Origin: an uncultured Anaerolineales bacterium
Lineage (GTDB): Bacteria > Chloroflexota > Anaerolineae > Anaerolineales > UBA6663
Direction of reading: 5' to 3'
NCBI GenBank assembly: GCA_964608265.1
Contig: CAZSNP010000010.1
Coordinates: forward strand, 13,959 to 77,958
DNA: 64,000 nucleotides
The notes under the pieces were generated by a model. The model had not been told where the DNA came from and ran no database searches. It was given only the letters and a program-made list of their open reading frames with translations. Position 1 is the first letter of the stretch; the number at the start of each line of letters is the position of its first letter. This document shows, one piece after another, positions 60,101-64,000 of this stretch. A program made the position numbers and the translations under genes.

Positions 60101-60753
60101 TGTCGGGCGGGACGCGGGTGGGCAACAGCGTGCAGTGGACTCTGCCGAGCCTGGCGAGCTACGGCGCGACGGCGCAGGTGAGTTTCACCGTGGGCGCGAA
60201 CACGACGATCACGAACACGCTGTACTCGTTGACGGGCAGCGGCGGGGCCAGCGCCATCGGCGGGCCGGCGGTCACGACTCAAATCGTGGACGCGCAGGTT
60301 GCGCTCACGCCGCTGGCCGATGGCGCGCTCGATTACGCCAATCCGGCGGGTGGGACAGAGATCGAAATCCCGGGCGGCTCGGTGTTCGAGGACACGACGA
60401 TTGCGTATCGTGAATTGTTGTCGCCTTCGTGGATGTTGCCGGCGGGCTTCCGCTTTGCCGGTCGCGCGTTCTCGCTGGCAGGCTATCAATCGAATCAGCT
60501 TGTGCCGGGGCTGGCGCTGGGCGAGATCGTCACGCTCACCGTGACGTACGGCGACGCGGATGTGGCCGGGCTGGACGAGGGCAAACTGGCGCTCCATTAC
60601 TGGGGCGGCAACGGGTGGTCGGCCTCGGGCGTGGCGTGCCAGCCGGCGCCGGCGCTCAACTCCATCACTTGCACGGCGCAGGCGCCGCCGCTCGCCGAGT
60701 TCGTGCTGGCCGAGACGGAGTACCGCGTGTATCTGCCGCAGGTGATCCGGTGA
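57145..60753 (+). CDS. Large secreted S8 subtilase with PPC (pre-peptidase C-terminal), IPT/TIG-like, PKD-like and DUF11-like repeat domains, ending in VYLPQVIR
   Basis: Signal peptide HAVLALCLIILGASPVRAQDG. Triad motifs IAILDTGVDANHADL, HGTHVAGIAA and GGTSMAAPHVAGAVAVI. PPC-like block DTYFHNGTAGQRITATLN...NPYLLIYDPDSNLIALNDNGGG; DUF11-like block LALTKTAPATALAGQPITYTLTVANRGANPAGNLLIVDVIPQGATYVSGG. The start is 57124 (GTG), 57145 or 57157 (ATG). Confidence 0.9.
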   Translation: METAMARRHVTHAVLALCLIILGASPVRAQDGPAPVDAAPPLIAEGLMAMAQSDGSVAVIVGVSAPGFDAALAAEGTTTQQALIAQAQAGLLNRLAGHALGSVIQYAHIPFIAMRVDASALAALQSDPAVTSIGEDMVVHPALDKSIPQVRADLAEYLGKRGAGQTIAILDTGVDANHADLAGKVVSEACYSTTDPAANRSSVCPNGSNSQTGAGAAAPPSRFIDGFEHGTHVAGIAARVAPGASLIAIQVNARVTGSACTDAGDSSPCLTARYSDILLGMQRVFNLRTTYNIAAVNLSAGAGGYSGNCDNNASQASMKAQIESLRSAGIATVIAAGNGGHRNALAAPACLAAAISVGSVNTSAAGAGQADRVAPSSNVSSVMTLFAPGTPILSAVPGTTVTCDQGRTPDADGRCYLGGTSMAAPHVAGAVAVIRGADPTATVTEIVSALSTGGTLPKITDGRSGGSITKPRLDVYYSLCRFITTCDPNDFRFVFGSLTGTLTSVDVVDTYFHNGTAGQRITATLNRTSGDINPYLLIYDPDSNLIALNDNGGGGVNARVNNLILPVTGRYRLIAIGAISVGHYEISVTPGNYSQNPAPYARSLTPSTATVGSSEFWLAIDGANFLPTSITMINGNVRPMYFTSSARVWIKIYATDMLAQGNHLITVTNVAPGGGTSTALPFSVTPAFNGEAALLAPAVPTTTVGLTTTFAISWTHPTASWRNMENLDFILTGDGLDSPFWLRMTEGNPTSTVTLMNSSGEAVVSGTLTSGQFGPNMDLVVTDTVTLHLGQTRFFGSGQTVVITPVVTFGPAAVGNYDMRFAVDDDAEVSEVQNADVFGRFTVLPPGCDVAVSDVALAGPATGAVNIPHTFAAIVSPPNASAPITYTWAPEPASGQGTANAIYNWAEAGQHAVSVRAENCAAFDSDIRLVNVYTTVAPDLALTKTAPATALAGQPITYTLTVANRGANPAGNLLIVDVIPQGATYVSGGTRVGNSVQWTLPSLASYGATAQVSFTVGANTTITNTLYSLTGSGGASAIGGPAVTTQIVDAQVALTPLADGALDYANPAGGTEIEIPGGSVFEDTTIAYRELLSPSWMLPAGFRFAGRAFSLAGYQSNQLVPGLALGEIVTLTVTYGDADVAGLDEGKLALHYWGGNGWSASGVACQPAPALNSITCTAQAPPLAEFVLAETEYRVYLPQVIR

Positions 60754-60811
60754 CTCGTGCGCTCCCGATGCTCCCATGGTGCGGTGTTACCGGGCCAGGA
60801 CCGCGCCGGTC

Positions 60812-60817
60812 TATAAT
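60812..60817 (+). promoter_or_regulatory. Consensus -10 hexamer TATAAT upstream of panE
   Basis: gtcTATAATtccggcgctcAGGAGcatttgtaaATG. The -10 lies 24 nt upstream of the ATG, with AGGAG in between. Confidence 0.45.
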
Positions 60818-60841
60818 TCCGGCGCTCAGGAGCATTTGTAA

Positions 60842-61774
60842 ATGCGCATCGCGGTCTTTGGCACGGGCGGGGTGGGCGGCTACTTCGGCGGGCGGCTGGC
60901 GCAGGCGGGCGAGGCGGTGACCTTCATCGCGCGCGGCGACCACCTGCGCGCCATCCGCGAGCACGGCCTGCGCGTGGACAGCCTGCAGGGCGATTTCGTC
61001 ATTCAACCGGCGCAGGCCACCGCTGACCCGGCGCGGCTCGGCCCGGTGGATGTGGTGATACTGGGCGTGAAGGCCTGGCAGGTGCGCGAGGCCGCCGAGG
61101 CCATGCGCCCGCTCGTCGGGCCGGAGACCTTCGTCGTGCCGTTGCAAAACGGCGTGGAGGCGCCGGATGAACTGGCGAGCGTGCTGGGTCGCGAACACGT
61201 GCTCGGCGGGTTCTGCCGCATCATCGCCCTCATCGCCGGGCCGGGGCACATCCGCCACGCGGGCGGCCAGCCGTACGTCGCCTTTGGCGAACTGGACAAC
61301 CGCCGCACCGAGCGCGTGGAGCGACTGCGCGCCGCGTTCTCCCGCGCCGCCGGCCTGACGGTCGAAGTGCCCGCCGACATCCGCGCCGCCATGTGGGAGA
61401 AGTTCCTGACTATCACCTCGTTCAGCGGCGTGGGCGCGGTGACGCGCGCGCCCATCGGCGTCATCCGCAGCGTGCCGCAGACGCGCGAGATGATGGTGGG
61501 GGTGATGCGCGAGATCATCGCGGTGGCGAATGCGCGCGGCATCCCGCTGGGCGAGGACGCCGTGCAGCGCGTGCTGGCCTTCCGCGACAGCCTGCCGCCG
61601 GCCTCCACCGCCTCGATGCAGCGCGACATCATGGACGGACGGCCCTCGGAATTGGAGTGGCAAAGCGGGGCGGTGGTGCGGCTGGGCCGCGAGGTCGGAG
61701 TCGAGTCTCCGTTGAACGCCTTCATCTACCATAGCCTGCTGCCGCAGGAGTTGAAGGCGAGAGGGAAACTCTGA
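60842..61774 (+). CDS. panE: 2-dehydropantoate 2-reductase (ketopantoate reductase, ApbA/PanE family)
   Basis: MRIAVFGTGGVGGYFGGRLAQAGEAVTFIARG Rossmann motif, ...VILGVKAWQ..., MWEKF, ASMQRDIMDGRPSELEWQSGAVVRLGRE. Confidence 0.85.
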   Translation: MRIAVFGTGGVGGYFGGRLAQAGEAVTFIARGDHLRAIREHGLRVDSLQGDFVIQPAQATADPARLGPVDVVILGVKAWQVREAAEAMRPLVGPETFVVPLQNGVEAPDELASVLGREHVLGGFCRIIALIAGPGHIRHAGGQPYVAFGELDNRRTERVERLRAAFSRAAGLTVEVPADIRAAMWEKFLTITSFSGVGAVTRAPIGVIRSVPQTREMMVGVMREIIAVANARGIPLGEDAVQRVLAFRDSLPPASTASMQRDIMDGRPSELEWQSGAVVRLGREVGVESPLNAFIYHSLLPQELKARGKL

Positions 61775-61825
61775 GCGCAGCGGATCACGCGTTACGTGTC
61801 ACGCGCCCGGTAACCCCTCTGCTCG

Positions 61826-63460
61826 TTAGGGCTTGTAACTCACCTTCGGCCTGCGCTTGAGGACGATGGCGTCGGTGCTGAGGGCGAGGAGCGCGCCGCT
61901 GGCCGCCGTCTCCAGCGCCACGCGCAGCACTTTGGCTGAGTCGAGGAAAGAGGCGGAGCGGGCGGTGACCAACTCGGCGCGCAGCACGTCGAAGGCTGCC
62001 GCGCGACCGTTCTGCTGAGCGGCAGTCGAAGGACGCAATGCGGCCAGCACCGGGCCAGGCTCGCCGGCGCGCGCGTTCGCCAGGATGCGGCGCAGGGGCG
62101 CTTCGAGTGCAAACGTCACCGCCGCCAGGCCAAGCTTCTCTTCTTCATCGGCCGTGTTGCGCCGCAATGCTTCGACGGCGGGAACGCAGCGCGCGTAAGC
62201 CGCGCCGCCGCCCGGTAGCACGCCCTCTTCCAGCGCCGCCGCCAGCGCCTTGGTCGCCTGCTCCGATTTCTGATACAGCCAGTCGCGCTCGGCCTGGGTG
62301 TAAGCGCCGATTTTGAGAACCCCCGCGCTGCCCGCCAGCCGCCCGATCCGCATCTGCAATTCGGGCTGTTCGGCATCCCCGAAGGGCAGGGCGCGCAGCC
62401 GCTGCTCCAGCGTCCGCATCTCAGCCCTCACCTTGCGCTCCGTTCCGGGGCCGGCTTTCACGCCGAGCGTTTCCGGGCCGGCCTCTGCCTCACTCGCGAA
62501 ACCGAGCGCCTGCGCCGTGACGGCGCGCAATGACTCACCCGACTCTGCCGACAGCACCTGCGCGCCAGTGAACGCGGCGAGGTCGGCGTAGTCGGCGCGC
62601 TGCTTGTCGCCGAGCCGCTTCAGGGCGGCCGCCACGATGCGGACTCCGCCGCGCCGGTGTGTGGCGACCAGCGTGTTCAGCGCCTCGCCGGAGATTTGAT
62701 TGGCGACCAGCAACAGGTGAGGGGGGTCGAGCGGCGCAGCCAATTCGAGCAAAGGCAGCACCTCTTCCACCGTGCCGAGGTTGCCGTGAAAGAGCGCGAC
62801 ACGGCAGCCGGCGAGCCGCGCGGATTGCGTGGCGGCCTCCGTGATGAGGTAGGGCGACGCCAGCCGCGCCGACCAGCGCCCGCCCTCCAGATACTCGCAC
62901 TCCAAATACGGCGCAACATACTTTTCAATCAGGATATGCGCCCGCGGCCCGAGCCGGGCGTACATCTCGCCCAGGCCGGCGCTGAGGGCCGGGTGGCCGG
63001 TGGCTGCTAGCGCGACGGCGACCAGGTCGGAGGGATTGCGAACAGGCCGCGCTTGCTTTTGTAACGCCTCGACCGCCGCTTTCGCGCCGCGCCGCAAACC
63101 GCCCTGCACGGTGACGGCGTTGGCCCCGGCCCGCACGCCGCGTGCTGCGTGGCTCAGCATGGCCTGAGCCAGCACCGCCGTCGTCGCCGCGCCGTCGCCG
63201 ACGCGCTCATGGACGCGCCACACCAGGTTGCGCAGCAGCATCGCGCCCACGTCCTCGGCCCGGTCGGGCAGGGCGACGAGGCGCCGGGCGACGGTGGCGG
63301 CGTCGGTGAGCAACTCCGGTCCTGGCTTATCCGTGCTGGTGGAGACGACATGCCCGGCCACCGGGCCGAGCGTCAGGGCCAGCAGCTCGGCCAGCCTGGC
63401 GAAGCCGCGCTGCAATTGGGCTGGGGCGTGGGGCGGCGCAAGGACGGTGGGCTTTGGCAT
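61826..63460 (-). CDS. Divergent Cpn60/GroEL-family paralog (no GroES partner, no GGM tail)
   Basis: 544 aa counted from the ATG at 63460. GroEL-like blocks: LTLGPVAGHVV (GroEL VTLGPKGRNVV), VGDGAATTAVLAQAM (GDGTTTATVLA), AGSAGVLKIGAYTQAE (AGGVAVIKVGAATEVE), EEGVLPGGGAAY ([12 protein letters not shown]), LDSAKVLRVALETAAS (IDPTKVTRSALQ.AAS). Confidence 0.75.
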   Translation of the reverse strand: MPKPTVLAPPHAPAQLQRGFARLAELLALTLGPVAGHVVSTSTDKPGPELLTDAATVARRLVALPDRAEDVGAMLLRNLVWRVHERVGDGAATTAVLAQAMLSHAARGVRAGANAVTVQGGLRRGAKAAVEALQKQARPVRNPSDLVAVALAATGHPALSAGLGEMYARLGPRAHILIEKYVAPYLECEYLEGGRWSARLASPYLITEAATQSARLAGCRVALFHGNLGTVEEVLPLLELAAPLDPPHLLLVANQISGEALNTLVATHRRGGVRIVAAALKRLGDKQRADYADLAAFTGAQVLSAESGESLRAVTAQALGFASEAEAGPETLGVKAGPGTERKVRAEMRTLEQRLRALPFGDAEQPELQMRIGRLAGSAGVLKIGAYTQAERDWLYQKSEQATKALAAALEEGVLPGGGAAYARCVPAVEALRRNTADEEEKLGLAAVTFALEAPLRRILANARAGEPGPVLAALRPSTAAQQNGRAAAFDVLRAELVTARSASFLDSAKVLRVALETAASGALLALSTDAIVLKRRPKVSYKP

Positions 63461-63505
63461 GTTTGGCAGTTGACTCGCTGGCAAGGGCATTATACAATGC
63501 CTGAG

Positions 63506-63530
63506 AATTATTTTATCAAATTGAATAATT
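63506..63530. promoter_or_regulatory. AT-rich inverted repeat AATTATT-N11-AATAATT in the divergent GroEL-like / ROK gap (operator candidate)
   Basis: aattatt at 63506-63512 and aataatt at 63524-63530, inside the only strongly AT-rich stretch of this gap. Confidence 0.3.
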
Positions 63531-63584
63531 AACCTGTCGCCGTCCAGGCCTTTTGGGTCGGCAAGACCCATTGGGCCTCAGGAT

Positions 63585-64000
63585 ATGACTCGACCCAAAC
63601 TTGCCGGGAGCAACGCCGCCCTCGTCAAAGCCCACAACCTGCGGGCAGTATTGCTGCACCTGCTGCACAGCGGCCAGGTTTCGCGCGTGCAACTCGCCGA
63701 ACAGACCGCCCTCTCGAACGCTGCCATCACCAACCTCGTGGCCGAACTATTGGAGCAGGGCATCATCCTCGAGGAAGGCGCGGAAGACCAGGCCAACGGC
63801 CAACGCCAGGTGGGCCGCCCGCGCACCGCGCTCCGCCTCGCGCCGGAGGCCCGTTTCGCCATCGGCGTCCACATCGGCATCGGCACCCTGCGCGTCGCGG
63901 TCACCAACCTGCATGCCGAAATCACTCACAACCACATCGCCGATTACGACGTGCGCGCGCCGGCGACCGACATCCTCGAGCAGGCAGCGCAGTTGGTGGA
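63585..64000 (+). CDS. ROK-family transcriptional regulator, 3' end cut by the window edge
   Basis: My own translation from the ATG at 63585 gives MTRPKLAGSNAALVKAHNLRAVLLHLLHSGQVSRVQLAEQTALSNAAITNLVAELLEQGIILEEG...VGRPRTALRLAPEARFAIGVHIGIGTLRVAVTNL, a typical ROK repressor wHTH plus the start of the sugar-kinase fold. It is absent from the ORF track because there is no stop inside the window. Confidence 0.8.
   Translation, partial: MTRPKLAGSNAALVKAHNLRAVLLHLLHSGQVSRVQLAEQTALSNAAITNLVAELLEQGIILEEGAEDQANGQRQVGRPRTALRLAPEARFAIGVHIGIGTLRVAVTNLHAEITHNHIADYDVRAPATDILEQAAQLV

Noticed and set aside
1-64000. Search by eye for CRISPR arrays, tRNA/rRNA genes, transposases, integrases, and phage or toxin-antitoxin modules
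   Set aside because: I saw no short regularly spaced direct repeats and no tRNA-like cloverleaf candidates in the intergenic gaps. No ORF product carries DDE-transposase, tyrosine- or serine-recombinase or phage structural motifs. A covariance-model scan (tRNAscan, Infernal) would be needed to exclude small RNAs formally.

Overview
High-GC bacterial chromosomal segment. Hand counts of sample lines give 47/60 GC at 52441-52500, 30/60 at 29281-29340 and 25/60 at 28741-28800. The gene content (monoderm-style envelope glycan genes, several S8 peptidases, LAL and SARP regulators) suggests a Chloroflexota- or Actinomycetota-like organism, but that is only a guess. Content in order: (1) 1-7.4 kb holds molybdo-enzyme (CO dehydrogenase / xanthine dehydrogenase type) maturation genes coxG and coxD-coxE-xdhC, split by an antisense 1157-aa secreted S8 peptidase. 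(2) 7.4-28.2 kb and 33-41.7 kb hold a two-part cell-envelope glycan locus: Wzt-like ATPase, two epimerases, RmlC, a methyltransferase, about 12 glycosyltransferases, a Wzx-like flippase fused in an operon to a pyruvyl transferase, a Wzm-like permease, two polyprenyl-phosphate GT2 enzymes and three GT-C-like membrane proteins. (3) 28.2-33 kb is a lower-GC insert with a lipoprotein, a 4x-repeat secreted protein, a membrane-tethered LuxR-Kelch regulator and an S8 peptidase. (4) 41.8-55.1 kb holds an orphan sugar-ABC ATPase, two paralogous LAL regulators (AAA-TPR-LuxR) bracketing a 4-gene operon (dirigent-like, DUF4242, vanadium-haloperoxidase-like, unknown), and a SARP-NTPase-TPR regulator. (5) 55.4-60.8 kb is an operon of a small protein, a fibre-like secreted protein, a mini GGFW protein and a 1200-aa S8 peptidase. 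(6) The window ends with panE, a divergent GroEL-like paralog and a ROK regulator cut by the window end. I recognised no rRNA, tRNA, CRISPR array, transposase or integrase. The observations most worth follow-up are: a recurring YLPxxxR tail at the extreme C-terminus of secreted proteins (mostly subtilases); the LAL-bracketed extracytoplasmic oxidative operon, whose two regulators share a 196-bp perfectly identical 5' end; -10-like hexamers 6-9 nt upstream of the start codons of all three STAND regulators, suggesting leaderless transcripts; and a membrane-tethered LuxR-Kelch one-component regulator in an operon with a subtilase. All family calls come from reading the translations by eye. No database search was run.
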